Shown here: positions 1 to 9,277 of the stretch, piece by piece | Layout: each line of letters begins with the position of its first letter | How positions within the stretch are numbered: position 1 is the stretch's first letter | DNA from: Rhizomicrobium sp. | Lineage (GTDB): Bacteria > Pseudomonadota > Alphaproteobacteria > Micropepsales > Micropepsaceae | Direction: 5' to 3' | Length of the DNA: 64,000 nucleotides | Assembly (NCBI GenBank): GCA_036488415.1 | Contig: DASXHQ010000125.1 | Location: 142 to 64,141, forward strand | Notes under the pieces: generated by a model | Database searches by the model: none | What the model saw: the letters and a program-made list of their open reading frames with translations, nothing else | What the model was told of the DNA's origin: nothing | Made by a program: the position numbers and the translations under genes

Positions 1-34
1 TGAATTCGAGAGAAAGAGGGAGATTTCCGGTTTC

Positions 35-1630
35 TTAGTGCCGGAAGTGGCGGATTCCGGTGAAGACCATCGCCAGATTGGCCTCGTCGGCGGCTTCGAT
101 GACCTTCGAATCGTTAACGGACCCGCCCGGTTGGATGACCGCTGTGGCGCCAGCTTCGGCCACCACAAGAAGGCCGTCCGGGAAGGGGAAGAAGGCGTCG
201 GATGCCGCCGCTGAGCCGACCGTGAGCGGCTCTTTCCAGCCCGCCGCCTCAGCCGCCTCGCGCGCCTTGATCGCGGCGATGCGCGCGCTATCCACGCGGG
301 ACATCTGTCCAGCGCCGATTCCAGCGGTCTGCCCGTCCTTGGCATAGACGATGGTGTTGGACTTCACATGCTTGGCCACGGTGAAGGCGAACAGCATGTC
401 GGTCATTTCTTGCTGTGTCGGCTGGCGCTTGGTGACGACCTTGAGGTCGGCCTTGATCACCGTCGCGTTGTCGCGTGTCTGCACCAGGAAGCCGCCAGAC
501 ACCTGCTTGAACATCAGCCCTTTCGCCGTCGTGTCCGGCAGTCCACCGGCGATGAGCAGGCGCAAATTTTTCTTCGCGGAAAGAATGCGCCGCGCCTCCT
601 CGTCAGCATCCGGCGCGATGATCACTTCGGTGAGCAGCTTGCCGATGGCTTCCGCCGCTGCGCCGTCGAGCTTGCGGTTGAAGGCGAGGATACCGCCGAA
701 CGCGCTGACCGGATCGCAGGCGAGCGCCTTCCTATAGGCATCCGCCAGATCGGCACCGATGGCGACGCCGCAGGGATTGGCATGCTTGATGATCGCGCAG
801 GCCGGCGTGGACGGATCGAACTCGGCTACCAGCTCGTAAGCGGCATCGGTGTCGTTGATGTTGTTGTAAGAGAGCTCCTTGCCCTGAAGCTGCTGCGCCG
901 TGGCGACGCCGAAGCGCTTCTCGGAGGTCGCATAGAATGCCGCGTCCTGATGCGGGTTCTCGCCATAGCGCAGCGGCTGGCGCAGTTCGCCCGCAAACGC
1001 GCGGCGGCGCGGCGGTTCTTTCACGCCGTCTTTCTCCAATTCGCCCGCGAACCAGTCGGACACAGCGGCGTCGTAAGTGGCGGTGCGGGCATAAGCGCGC
1101 TGCGCCAAGGTGCGGCGCAAACTCTGGGTGGTCGCGCCATTGTTCTTGGCCATCTCGTCCAGCACCGCTTTGTAATCCTGCACATCCACCACAACCGTCA
1201 CCCAGTCATGGTTCTTGGCGGCCGAGCGCGTCATCGCCGGGCCGCCGATATCGATGTTCTCGATGGTCTCGTCGAATGATGCGCCGCGCGCGACCGTCGC
1301 TTCGAAGGGATAGAGATTGCAGACGAGCAGATCGATGCCCTCGATCTCGTGCAACCGCATCGCTTCGGCATGGTCCGCCTTGTCGCGTAACGCGAGCAAT
1401 CCGCCGTGCACCATCGGATGCAGCGTCTTCACCCGGCCGTCCATCATCTCCGGGAATTTGGTGATGTCGGAAACGTCCGACACCTGAAGCCCCGCATCGC
1501 GCAATGCCTTCGCCGTGCCGCCGGTGGAGATCAGCATCGTGCCGTGGCTCGCCAAGCCCTTGGCGAAATCGATGAGACCGGTCTTGTCGGAAACCGAAAG
1601 CAGCGCGCGGCGGATGGGGCGGAGCGTCAT
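35..1630 (-). CDS. purH: bifunctional AICAR formyltransferase / IMP cyclohydrolase
   Basis: ORF 35..1987 trimmed to the ATG at 1628-1630 ([19 protein letters not shown]...). The N-terminus is a typical MGS-like IMP cyclohydrolase domain and the C-terminus an AICARFT domain (...[12 protein letters not shown]), about 531 aa. The 119 upstream codons would overlap the DUF2905 gene. Confidence 0.95.
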   Translation of the reverse strand: MTLRPIRRALLSVSDKTGLIDFAKGLASHGTMLISTGGTAKALRDAGLQVSDVSDITKFPEMMDGRVKTLHPMVHGGLLALRDKADHAEAMRLHEIEGIDLLVCNLYPFEATVARGASFDETIENIDIGGPAMTRSAAKNHDWVTVVVDVQDYKAVLDEMAKNNGATTQSLRRTLAQRAYARTATYDAAVSDWFAGELEKDGVKEPPRRRAFAGELRQPLRYGENPHQDAAFYATSEKRFGVATAQQLQGKELSYNNINDTDAAYELVAEFDPSTPACAIIKHANPCGVAIGADLADAYRKALACDPVSAFGGILAFNRKLDGAAAEAIGKLLTEVIIAPDADEEARRILSAKKNLRLLIAGGLPDTTAKGLMFKQVSGGFLVQTRDNATVIKADLKVVTKRQPTQQEMTDMLFAFTVAKHVKSNTIVYAKDGQTAGIGAGQMSRVDSARIAAIKAREAAEAAGWKEPLTVGSAAASDAFFPFPDGLLVVAEAGATAVIQPGGSVNDSKVIEAADEANLAMVFTGIRHFRH

Positions 1631-1662
1631 GGCGACTCGGGATGTGCGGGTTACGCGCGGTC

Positions 1663-1869
1663 TTACTTCCGGAAGAGCCAAAAGAGAAGGGTCAGAACGA
1701 CGCTGACTGCGATGGACGTAACAATCGGAAAATAAAGCGTGAAATGGGATCTCCGGATGACGACGTCGCCCGGCAGCCGTCCCAGTCCCAGTCGGGAAAT
1801 CCACGGCCAGGCCAGCCCCGCCACAAGCAATATTGCGCCCACAACGATCAGAAGTTTGCGGATATCCAT
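1663..1869 (-). CDS. DUF2905-family small membrane protein
   Basis: 68 aa with two hydrophobic helices and a central [12 protein letters not shown] motif characteristic of DUF2905. Lies directly upstream of purH on the same strand. Confidence 0.75.
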   Translation of the reverse strand: MDIRKLLIVVGAILLVAGLAWPWISRLGLGRLPGDVVIRRSHFTLYFPIVTSIAVSVVLTLLFWLFRK

Positions 1870-1947
1870 TGTCTCCGCCTCTTTTGTGCCACGGCGGCAC
1901 TATCGAGCCGCCGTAACCGATTGGGAACGTATCGCGCGTAGGCTGCG

Positions 1948-2226
1948 TTGGATATGCGCCCAGCAGCGTGGACGGACGGCATGACAAGAATTTCAGGACC
2001 GATGGCGATATTGGCAGGCTTGTTCCTCCTGCTGCCCGGCTTCATCGCGCTTATCCAGGCGCAGACCGCGACCTTGCCGACGCCGGGCTGGGTTGCGCGC
2101 GATCTTTTGGTTGCGGCGCTCTGCGGTTTCGCATTGATCGTGTGGGGCGGATGGATCGTGCGCCAGCGCGAGTTGGCGCTCTACGATCTGGATGAAGCTC
2201 GCAGCTGGTTGCGCGTGAACGACTAA
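1948..2226 (+). CDS. hypothetical small membrane protein
   Basis: 92-aa ORF with two predicted TM helices ([35 protein letters not shown]). The start is uncertain (an alternative ATG is at 1981). No family recognised. Confidence 0.4.
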   Translation: MDMRPAAWTDGMTRISGPMAILAGLFLLLPGFIALIQAQTATLPTPGWVARDLLVAALCGFALIVWGGWIVRQRELALYDLDEARSWLRVND

Positions 2227-3488
2227 TTCAGCTTTTCGACAACGCGCGCGATCGCGCCTGTCAATTTCCGCAAATCCGCTTCATCGATGGGGAGCGCCGG
2301 CGTCAGATAGATGATATTGCGGAACGGTCGCACCCAGACGCCTTCTGCCACCAACGCGCTTTTCAACGCATGCATGTTCTCGATCTTCTCGAGCTCTACC
2401 ACGCCGATGGCGCCTTTGACGCGCACGTCCTTCACGCCTTTCATGCCGATGCAGCGGCCGAGTTGCTTGCCCATTGCCTTGCCGATCTCGGCGGCCTGAA
2501 GCAGCCGCGGCTCGCGTTCGAACAGATCGAGGGATGCGTTGGCGGCGGCGCAGGCGAGCGCATTGCCCATGAAGGTCGGGCCATGCATCAGCGCGTGCAG
2601 CGGATCGTCGGACCAGAAGGCATCGAAAATCTTTTGCGACGCCACCGTCGCCGCCAGCGGCAGCGTGCCGCCCGTCAGTCCCTTGCCAAGGGTGACGATA
2701 TCCGGCGCTGCTTCCGCTGCCTCCAGCGCGAACATCGGCCCGGTGCGGCCGAAACCGGTGAAGATCTCATCGAAGATCAGCAGCAGGTCGTATTTGTCCG
2801 CTGCGCGGCGCAGATGTTGCAGCACGCGCGGATCGTGAAATAGCATTCCGCCCGCGCCTTGCACCAAAGGCTCGACCAAAATCGCAGCGATGCCATTGGC
2901 ATGGTGTTCGAGAAACGTGTCGAACGCCTTGGTGCTCTCTTCATCGCGCGGCAGCTCGATCACATGATGCTGGGGCAAGGTGCCTGCGAACAGTGCGTGC
3001 ATCCCTTCGTCCGGATCGCATACTGCCATCGTCGCGATGGTGTCGCCATGATAGCCGCCTTTGAAAGCCAGCATCTTGGTGCGCCCGCGTACGCCTTTGT
3101 TGAGCCAGTATTGCACCGCCATCTTCATCGCCACTTCCACGGCGACGGAACCGGAGTCGGAGAAGAACACGCGCGTTAGGTTTTCCGGCAGCAGATCGCA
3201 GAGCCGCCGCGCCAGAGTCAGCGCCTGCTCATGCACCAGCCCGCCCAGCATGACATGCGGCATCGCTTCGAGCTGCCGCTGCACGGTTTCGCGAATGTGC
3301 GGATGGTTGTAGCCGTGGCACGCCGTCCACCAGCTTGCGATGCCGTCCACAAGCTCGCGCCCATCGGCCAAGGTGATGCGCGTACCCTGCGTGCGCACCG
3401 CCGCCAGCGGCGGGTTCGCCGTCTTCATCTGCGTGTAAGGCAGCCAAATGTGGGGCAGCCCGGTTTGATACCAGTCAGAACCACTCAT
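2223..3488 (-). CDS. bioA: adenosylmethionine-8-amino-7-oxononanoate aminotransferase
   Basis: Class III aminotransferase with the PLP region DEIFTGFGRTG and a BioA-like N-terminus (WLPYTQMK), downstream of bioB. The ATG at 3488 is preferred because the upstream in-frame ATGs (3506, 3557) fall inside or beyond a REP-like repeat. Confidence 0.9.
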   Translation of the reverse strand: MSGSDWYQTGLPHIWLPYTQMKTANPPLAAVRTQGTRITLADGRELVDGIASWWTACHGYNHPHIRETVQRQLEAMPHVMLGGLVHEQALTLARRLCDLLPENLTRVFFSDSGSVAVEVAMKMAVQYWLNKGVRGRTKMLAFKGGYHGDTIATMAVCDPDEGMHALFAGTLPQHHVIELPRDEESTKAFDTFLEHHANGIAAILVEPLVQGAGGMLFHDPRVLQHLRRAADKYDLLLIFDEIFTGFGRTGPMFALEAAEAAPDIVTLGKGLTGGTLPLAATVASQKIFDAFWSDDPLHALMHGPTFMGNALACAAANASLDLFEREPRLLQAAEIGKAMGKQLGRCIGMKGVKDVRVKGAIGVVELEKIENMHALKSALVAEGVWVRPFRNIIYLTPALPIDEADLRKLTGAIARVVEKLN

Positions 3489-3501
3489 CACACCCTCACT
3501 T

Positions 3502-3629
3502 GTCATGGCCCGCCGGAGTGCGGGCCACCCAGTTGAAGTCTTCGTCTGATCTCGCAAGAAAAAACGCAGAGATATTTCTGCATCAGGGAGCTTGTGTCAC
3601 CTGGGTGGCCCGCTTTTGCGGGCCATGAC
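3502..3629. repeat. composite REP-like palindromic element in the bioB-bioA spacer
   Basis: Left unit GTCATGGCCCGCcggagtGCGGGCCACCCAG (3502-3532) and right unit CTGGGTGGCCCGCttttGCGGGCCATGAC (3601-3629) are reverse complements of each other. Each can form a GC hairpin. Confidence 0.55.
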
Positions 3630-3637
3630 AGCGGTGA

Positions 3638-4615
3638 TTAAAGCGCCATCGGCTTCATGCCGAGGCGCGCGAGCAGCTTCATGTCGCGGCTTTCTTCCGG
3701 GTTCGGCGTGGTGAGCAGCTTGTCGCCATAGAAGATGGAGTTCGCGCCGGCGAGGAAGCACAGCGCCTGCGTCTCGTCGCTCATCTCGCCGCGCCCCGCG
3801 CTCAGGCGCACAAACGATTTCGGCATGGTGATGCGCGCCACGGCGATCATCTTCACGAAGTCGATGCCGTCGATCGGTGCGCTGTCGCCCAGCCGCGTGC
3901 CTTTCACCTGCACCAATGCGTTGATCGGCACGCTTTCGGGATGGCTGGGCAACGTCGCGAGCGCGTGGATCATGCCCACGCGGTCGCTCTCCGCCTCGCC
4001 CATGCCCACGATGCCGCCGCAGCACACATTTATGCCCGCATGGCGCACGCATTCCAGCGTGTCGAGACGGTCCTGATAGGTGCGGGTGGTGATGATCTCT
4101 TTATAATATTCCGGCGAGGTATCGATGTTGTGATTGTAATAGTCGAGCCCAGCGCCTTTCAGCTTCGTCGCCTGATCCGGCGTGAGCATGCCCAGCGTCA
4201 CGCACGTCTCCATGCCCATTGCTTTGACGCCCTCAACCATCTCGCAAACCTTGTCGAGATCCTTGTCCTTGGGCGAACGCCACGCCGCGCCCATACAGAA
4301 ACGCGTCGCGCCTGCATTCTTGGCCGCGCGCGCATCGGCCAGAACCTTCTCGATCTCCATCAGCTTGGAGGCTTTCAGCCCCGTCTCGTGGCTGGCGCTT
4401 TGCGAGCAATAGCCGCAATCCTCCGGGCAACCGCCGGTCTTGATGGAAAGGAGCGTGGAAATCTGCACTTCGTCGAACGCGAAATTCTGGCGATGAATCA
4501 TCGCCGCGCGGAACACCAGCTCGGTAAACGGCAGATCGAACAGCGCTGCGATCTCCGCCTTGGTCCAGTCGTTCCTGACTTGTCCGTCACGCAGTTCTCG
4601 GGCGGGCGCGTTCAT
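3638..4615 (-). CDS. bioB: biotin synthase (radical SAM)
   Basis: [11 protein letters not shown] radical-SAM cluster motif, YNHNIDTS, and a length of 325 aa. Sits in the biotin gene cluster. Confidence 0.95.
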   Translation of the reverse strand: MNAPARELRDGQVRNDWTKAEIAALFDLPFTELVFRAAMIHRQNFAFDEVQISTLLSIKTGGCPEDCGYCSQSASHETGLKASKLMEIEKVLADARAAKNAGATRFCMGAAWRSPKDKDLDKVCEMVEGVKAMGMETCVTLGMLTPDQATKLKGAGLDYYNHNIDTSPEYYKEIITTRTYQDRLDTLECVRHAGINVCCGGIVGMGEAESDRVGMIHALATLPSHPESVPINALVQVKGTRLGDSAPIDGIDFVKMIAVARITMPKSFVRLSAGRGEMSDETQALCFLAGANSIFYGDKLLTTPNPEESRDMKLLARLGMKPMAL

Positions 4616-4672
4616 GCATCACCTTTATAAGGGCCGATGAAGCCATTATAGCGGGCGCTCCGGAGGCGCAAG

Positions 4673-5821
4673 TTGAACGCACTCGACCGCTTTGCCACGT
4701 CCAAGCTTGAAGCTTTGGAAGCCACGCATTTACGGCGTTCGCTTGTGGATTCCGCGCGCGAGGATGGCGTCTGGATCAGCCGTAACGGAAGGCGGCTGCT
4801 GTCCTTCTCCTGCAACGACTATCTGAACCTGACGCATCATCCTAAGGTTAAGGCCGCGGCTGTTGCGGCCATCGAGAAATATGGCGCGGGGGCAGGAGCG
4901 TCGCGGCTGGTCACCGGCAACCATCCTTTGTTCGCGGAGCTAGAAGCACGCCTCGCCAAACTCAAACAGACCGAAGCCGCGTGCATCTTTGGCTCCGGCT
5001 ATCTCGCCAATACCGGGATCATTCCGGTGCTGGTGGGCGAGGGCGATCTGCTGCTGATCGACGAACTTTCCCACGCTTGCCTGTGGGCGGGCTCGCAGCT
5101 TTCGCGCGCGCATATCGAGACGTTCCGCCATAACAACCTCAATGAGGTTGAAGAATTGCTCACGCAGCATCGCGGCGAATATCGTCACGCGCTGATCGTT
5201 ACCGATGGCGTGTTCTCCATGGACGGCGATCTCGCACCGCTCATTGAACTTGGGGCACTGGCGCAGGCGCATGACACATGGCTGATGAGCGATGATGCGC
5301 ATGGCTTGGGCGTTCTCGCGAACGGCAAAGGCTCGGTCTTCGCCGCCGGCAGCAAGGCGCCGGTCGATCTGCAGATGGGCACGCTTTCCAAAGCCATAGG
5401 CTCTTACGGTGGCTATCTCTGTGCTTCGCAGCCCGTGATTGATCTTATCAAGACACGCGCACGCACCCTGATCTATTCCACCGGCCTGCCGCCTGCGAGC
5501 GTCGCCGCCGCCATCGCCGCGCTCGACATTATCGAATCCGATCCCGAACTCACCGCACGCCCGCTCGCCAATGCGCAGGCTTTCACGCGCGCACTCAATC
5601 TGCCGCTGGCGCAAAGCCCCATCGTGCCGGTGATCCTGAACGACGAAATGCGCGCGCTGGAAGCGCAGCAGGTTCTGGAACACGAAGGCTTCCTCGTCAC
5701 CGCCATCCGCCCACCCACGGTTCCGGCCGGAACCGCGCGGTTGCGCATCGCCTTCACCGCCGCGCACCCGGAAGGCGAGATTGGGCGTTTGGCTACTGTG
5801 ATCCGCGAAAGAATTTTATGA
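4673..5821 (+). CDS. bioF: 8-amino-7-oxononanoate synthase
   Basis: Alpha-oxoamine synthase family with the PLP-lysine region GTLSKAIGSYGG. TTG start 7 nt after GGAGG. Overlaps bioD by 4 nt (ATGA). Confidence 0.9.
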   Translation: MNALDRFATSKLEALEATHLRRSLVDSAREDGVWISRNGRRLLSFSCNDYLNLTHHPKVKAAAVAAIEKYGAGAGASRLVTGNHPLFAELEARLAKLKQTEAACIFGSGYLANTGIIPVLVGEGDLLLIDELSHACLWAGSQLSRAHIETFRHNNLNEVEELLTQHRGEYRHALIVTDGVFSMDGDLAPLIELGALAQAHDTWLMSDDAHGLGVLANGKGSVFAAGSKAPVDLQMGTLSKAIGSYGGYLCASQPVIDLIKTRARTLIYSTGLPPASVAAAIAALDIIESDPELTARPLANAQAFTRALNLPLAQSPIVPVILNDEMRALEAQQVLEHEGFLVTAIRPPTVPAGTARLRIAFTAAHPEGEIGRLATVIRERIL

Positions 5822-6498
5822 GCGCATACTTCGTCACCGCCACCGGCACCGATATCGGCAAGACCTTCGTCACCGCCGGGCTTATCCGCCACCTGCGCGC
5901 AGCGGGCGAGTCGGTGGATGCCTTCAAGCCCGTGGTCAGCGGTTTCGACATCGCCACCGCCGCGCTCTCCGATCCAGGCGTGTTGCTGGGCGCGATGGAC
6001 GAAGTGGTCACATCGCAAACATTGGCTCGTATTTCGCCCTGGCGCTTCGCCGCGCCGCTGTCGCCGGACATGGCCGCCGCTCGCGAAGGCCAGAGCCTCG
6101 ATTTCGACGGCATCGTCTCATCCTGCCGCGAGCGCATTGCCCAATCCGAGGGCACGTTGTTCATCGAAGGCGTAGGCGGCGTCATGGTCCCGTTGGACGA
6201 GACCCGCACTGTGCTGGACTGGATGGCCGCGCTGGAATTGCCTGTCATCGTCGTGGCGGGCAGCTATCTGGGCACGATCAGCCACACGCTCACAGCGCTG
6301 GATGTTCTCGCCCGCAAGGGGCTCACCGTGAAGGCGCTCGTCATAAATGATAGCGGGGATGGCGCGGTCCCGTTGGACGAGACGGTTGCAGCCATCCATC
6401 GCTTCGCGCCCGCCATCGCCATCGGGACATTGCCGCGGGTAAAACGCCCCACCGACGCCATCGATAATTTTGCAGCTTTATGGCGCTTGATAGGTTAG
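5818..6498 (+). CDS. bioD: dethiobiotin synthetase
   Basis: N-terminal P-loop GTDIGKT, 226 aa, translationally coupled to bioF. Confidence 0.9.
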   Translation: MSAYFVTATGTDIGKTFVTAGLIRHLRAAGESVDAFKPVVSGFDIATAALSDPGVLLGAMDEVVTSQTLARISPWRFAAPLSPDMAAAREGQSLDFDGIVSSCRERIAQSEGTLFIEGVGGVMVPLDETRTVLDWMAALELPVIVVAGSYLGTISHTLTALDVLARKGLTVKALVINDSGDGAVPLDETVAAIHRFAPAIAIGTLPRVKRPTDAIDNFAALWRLIG

Positions 6499-6529
6499 AG
6501 CATAGCCCTTCGATTCAAAGAGTGTGTTC

Positions 6530-6895
6530 ATGGCGTCGTATGATTGTTCCAAGTGCCCCGGCTATTGCTGCTCCTATCCGCTGATCGAGATCACGAAGAG
6601 GGACATCCAGCGGCTGGCCGATCATTTCGAGATCAGCTTCACCAAGGCGCGCAAGAAGTTCACTTACAAGGACGCCGAAGCCGAATACGCCCTGCGCCGC
6701 AAGGCCGATCCGCATTTCGGCCGCATCTGCCGCTTCTTCGATACCGAGGAGCGCCGCTGCACCGTCTATGAAGCCCGCCCGTCCACCTGCCGAAAATATC
6801 CGACGGCCAATCGCTGCGGCTATTACGACTTCCTGAAATTCGAACGCTGGCAGCAGGACGACAAGGACCACATCGCGTCGACGGATAACCGCTAG
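6530..6895 (+). CDS. YkgJ-family cysteine-cluster protein (UPF0153-like)
   Basis: CSKCPGYCC near the N-terminus plus C-terminal Cys residues (CRFF, RRCTVY, STCRKYP, NRCGYY). Start at ATG 6530 or GTG 6524. Confidence 0.65.
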   Translation: MASYDCSKCPGYCCSYPLIEITKRDIQRLADHFEISFTKARKKFTYKDAEAEYALRRKADPHFGRICRFFDTEERRCTVYEARPSTCRKYPTANRCGYYDFLKFERWQQDDKDHIASTDNR

Positions 6896-7521
6896 GCGTT
6901 CGTGCTGGGCCGCGCGCTCACCCGTTCATGCCATGCGCGCAGATGCTTGGCATCTTCCGGCGTGTCCATATTCACGAATTTCGCAAAATCGATGCCGCAC
7001 AGAAGAACGATGTCGGCCATCGAATAGGTATCGCCTGCCAGCCATGCCCGCCCGTCGGCCAACTCGCTGTCCAGCCATCTCATCGCATGGGCGACAACTT
7101 TGCGGTTTTTCTGGCCGTATTCGGGAAACTGCGTCGGGTTCACTTGCGCCGTGCGCGGATCGTCATTGATCCAGACTTGCCCCATTGGGTTCCACAGCCG
7201 GAATTCCGCGCGGCGGATCCACATCTCCACGAAAGCCTGCTCGCGCGCGTCGCGGCCGAAGAGCGGTGGCTCCGGGTGCAGCGCTTCGAAATAACGGCAG
7301 ATGGCGATGGACTCCGAAAGATGGGTGCCGTCGTCCAGTTCCAGCACCGGCAACTGCCCCAGCGAATTCTTGGCCAGAAACTCCGGCGCCTTGTGCTCGC
7401 GCTTCATCATTTTCACGCGCTCGGTCGGCACGCTGAGGCTCTTTTCGGCGAGGTAGATGCGCACCTTGCGCGGGTTCGGCGCCGGCATGTTTTCGTCGTA
7501 GAGCTTCACGGCTTTCCCCAA
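6892..7521 (-). CDS. glutathione S-transferase family protein
   Basis: 209 aa with a thioredoxin-like N-domain (SPNPRKVRIYLAEK, GQLPVLELDDG, ESIAICRY) and a helical C-domain. Confidence 0.85.
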   Translation of the reverse strand: MGKAVKLYDENMPAPNPRKVRIYLAEKSLSVPTERVKMMKREHKAPEFLAKNSLGQLPVLELDDGTHLSESIAICRYFEALHPEPPLFGRDAREQAFVEMWIRRAEFRLWNPMGQVWINDDPRTAQVNPTQFPEYGQKNRKVVAHAMRWLDSELADGRAWLAGDTYSMADIVLLCGIDFAKFVNMDTPEDAKHLRAWHERVSARPSTNA

Positions 7522-7583
7522 CCAAGCGGCCCGAACGATAAGGGTTGGCGAAGCCCGTCCGCAACGCTATAGAAGCCGCCGAC

Positions 7584-7622
7584 GCGGGCGTGGTGGAACT
7601 GGTAGACGCGCCAGACTCAAAA
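7584..7622 (+). tRNA. 5' fragment of a split tRNA-Leu(CAA) gene (acceptor 5' strand to anticodon loop)
   Basis: GCGGGCGTGGTGGAACTGGTAGACGCGCCAGACTCAAAA runs through the acceptor 5' strand, D-arm, anticodon stem CCAGA and loop CTCAAAA, then breaks into unrelated AT-rich DNA. The complementary 3' part lies at 44827-44872. Confidence 0.85.
7613..7622 (+). repeat. attL core, 10-bp direct repeat AGACTCAAAA
   Basis: An identical 10-mer occurs at 44817-44826. Flanking bases differ on both sides at both copies. Confidence 0.75.
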
Positions 7623-7743
7623 GCATATTTACGGTAACCGTAAAAATCAAAAATTCTAATGAAAACAATGGCTTTAGTATTGATCGCTGGGCAAAAATGC
7701 GTTACACAGAGATTACACAATTTGCACAATTTCAGCGGTCTGA

Positions 7744-9072
7744 ATGGCAGAACATCACACGCTCATGGGGGGCAAGCTTCACGTTTACAGACGTGAAGGC
7801 AGCTCGCATTGGCAGTGTTCCGCATACCTCGCTGGGAAGAACTGGCGAGTTTCCACGAAGGAAGAGAGTCTTTCACACGCGAAGGACTTTGCCGAAGACT
7901 GGTATCTTGGGCTGCGCGGAAAAGCCCGTAATGGCGAACTAAAATCAGGAATGAAGTTTGAGGAGGCTGCTGAGCTCTTCAAACTCGAGTTCGCGATTAT
8001 CACGCAAGGCGAGCGCAGCGCCAAATATCTCGAAATGCTAGAAATTTGCATTCGCGTTCATCTGTTACCCTTCTTTCGCGGAATGGTCGTGACCGAGATC
8101 ACGTCAGGCGTTGGCCAGCAATTCCGCATATGGCGCATGACGAAGCCGAAGGAGGCGGAAGAGCAGGAGAAGAAGGCCGAGCAAGAAGCGAAGGAGGCGC
8201 GGGAACGCGGCGAGGAACCTAAGGCGGTAAGGTATTGGAAGCTCCCCTCACGAAGCACTTTGCATCACGATTTTCAGGCGCTGCGCCATGTCCTCAAAAC
8301 TGCCCACCGCCACGGCAAACTTCAACATCTCCCCGATCTTTCTGCTCCATATAAATCTTCGGGAAAAATCTCGCATCGTGCGTGGTTTTCGCCGGACGAA
8401 TACAAAACATTCTATGAAGCCACGCGTAAGCGGGCGGAGAACCCACCGAATCCACGGTGGAAAAAACAGTGCGAGCAGTTTCACGATTTCGTTCTGATCA
8501 TGGTCAATACTGGCTTGCGACCAGACGAGGCATCGCGACTGGAATACCGCGACGTTGAGATCGTGAAAGACGCCAGCACCGGCGACACGATTCTTGAAAT
8601 CAGCGTTCGCGGCAAACGCGGCGTCGGCTATTGCAAGAGCATGCCGGGCGCGGTTTATCCGTTCCAGCGACTGCTAAAGCGGAACAAGCCCCAGCCTACT
8701 GATCTTATCTTTGGCAAGGTTCAGCGGGAGTTGCTGAACGCCATCCTCAATGAGACAGGTTTGAAAAAGGATCGGGAAGGCCGGCGGCGCACGGCCTATA
8801 GCCTTCGGCATACCTATATCTGCCTTCGCCTCTTGGAAGGGGCGGACATATATCAGGTCGCCAAGAATTGCCGCACCAGCGTCGAGATGATCGAGAAATT
8901 CTACGCAGCGCATCTCAAGAACATGATTGATGCAGCGGCGGTTAACGTAATGAAGAAAAGGTCGAACGACCGTCCGTCGAAGCGCATAGCGGACGTGAAG
9001 CGCAAGACCAAGGGGAGAAGTTCGGGGACCCGAAATTCCCCCAATCGCAGATTACAGAAACCCAAACCCTGA
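7744..9072 (+). CDS. int: tyrosine-type site-specific integrase
   Basis: 442 aa. The C-terminal catalytic region has ...TGLRPDEASRL..., ...AYSLRHTYICL... and ...IEKFYAAHL (R..HxxR..Y pattern). Lies next to the att site. Confidence 0.9.
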   Translation: MAEHHTLMGGKLHVYRREGSSHWQCSAYLAGKNWRVSTKEESLSHAKDFAEDWYLGLRGKARNGELKSGMKFEEAAELFKLEFAIITQGERSAKYLEMLEICIRVHLLPFFRGMVVTEITSGVGQQFRIWRMTKPKEAEEQEKKAEQEAKEARERGEEPKAVRYWKLPSRSTLHHDFQALRHVLKTAHRHGKLQHLPDLSAPYKSSGKISHRAWFSPDEYKTFYEATRKRAENPPNPRWKKQCEQFHDFVLIMVNTGLRPDEASRLEYRDVEIVKDASTGDTILEISVRGKRGVGYCKSMPGAVYPFQRLLKRNKPQPTDLIFGKVQRELLNAILNETGLKKDREGRRRTAYSLRHTYICLRLLEGADIYQVAKNCRTSVEMIEKFYAAHLKNMIDAAAVNVMKKRSNDRPSKRIADVKRKTKGRSSGTRNSPNRRLQKPKP

Positions 9073-9158
9073 TTATCTCAACCGGCGTCATTATCGCCGG
9101 ACTCTCGCGCAACAATCTATTGCGAACTCTTGCAGCGCCGGTGTAGATAAAACTGCGT

Positions 9159-9243
9159 GCCCGAGTGGTGGAACTGGTAGACGCGCTGGATTCAAAATCC
9201 AGTACCGCAAGGTGTGTCGGTTCGATTCCGACCTCGGGCACCA
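9159..9243 (+). tRNA. tRNA-Leu(CAA), island-borne intact copy
   Basis: 85 nt: GCCCGAG...CTGGA TTCAAAA TCCAG...long variable arm...GTCGGTTCGATTCCGAC CTCGGGC A CCA. The cloverleaf is complete with an encoded CCA. The acceptor and anticodon stems differ from the split host gene. Confidence 0.9.
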
Positions 9244-9277
9244 TTCGTTTCTTTGGACCCGCTAAATTTAGCGGCGG

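Noticed and set aside
368-1464. Plus-strand ORFs of 303 and 175 aa inside purH
   Set aside because: They are antisense shadow ORFs with Arg/Ala/Gly-rich composition, and the opposite strand encodes an unmistakable PurH.
1631-1987. N-terminal 119-codon extension of purH (ORF start at 1987)
   Set aside because: The extension is Arg/Gly/Pro-rich nonsense, overlaps the DUF2905 gene on the same strand, and PurH homology begins at the ATG at 1630.
4616-4672. Possible BioR-type operator (TTATAA-like half sites) in the bioB-bioF divergent spacer
   Set aside because: Only loose matches (TTTATAAGG, CATTATAGC) to the TTATMKATAA-type palindrome I remember. There is no clear dyad, so this is not reported as a feature.
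4940-6248. Minus-strand ORFs (275, 181 and 151 aa) opposite bioF and bioD
   Set aside because: They are shadow ORFs. bioF and bioD on the plus strand have clear family motifs.
9159-9243. Island tRNA-Leu as the boundary of a second, tandem island
   Set aside because: I found no second copy of its 3' end or any direct repeat of it elsewhere in the window. The only shared stretch is the generic T-arm (GTCGGTTCGATTCCGAC) with the split host tRNA. It is therefore treated as cargo rather than an att site.
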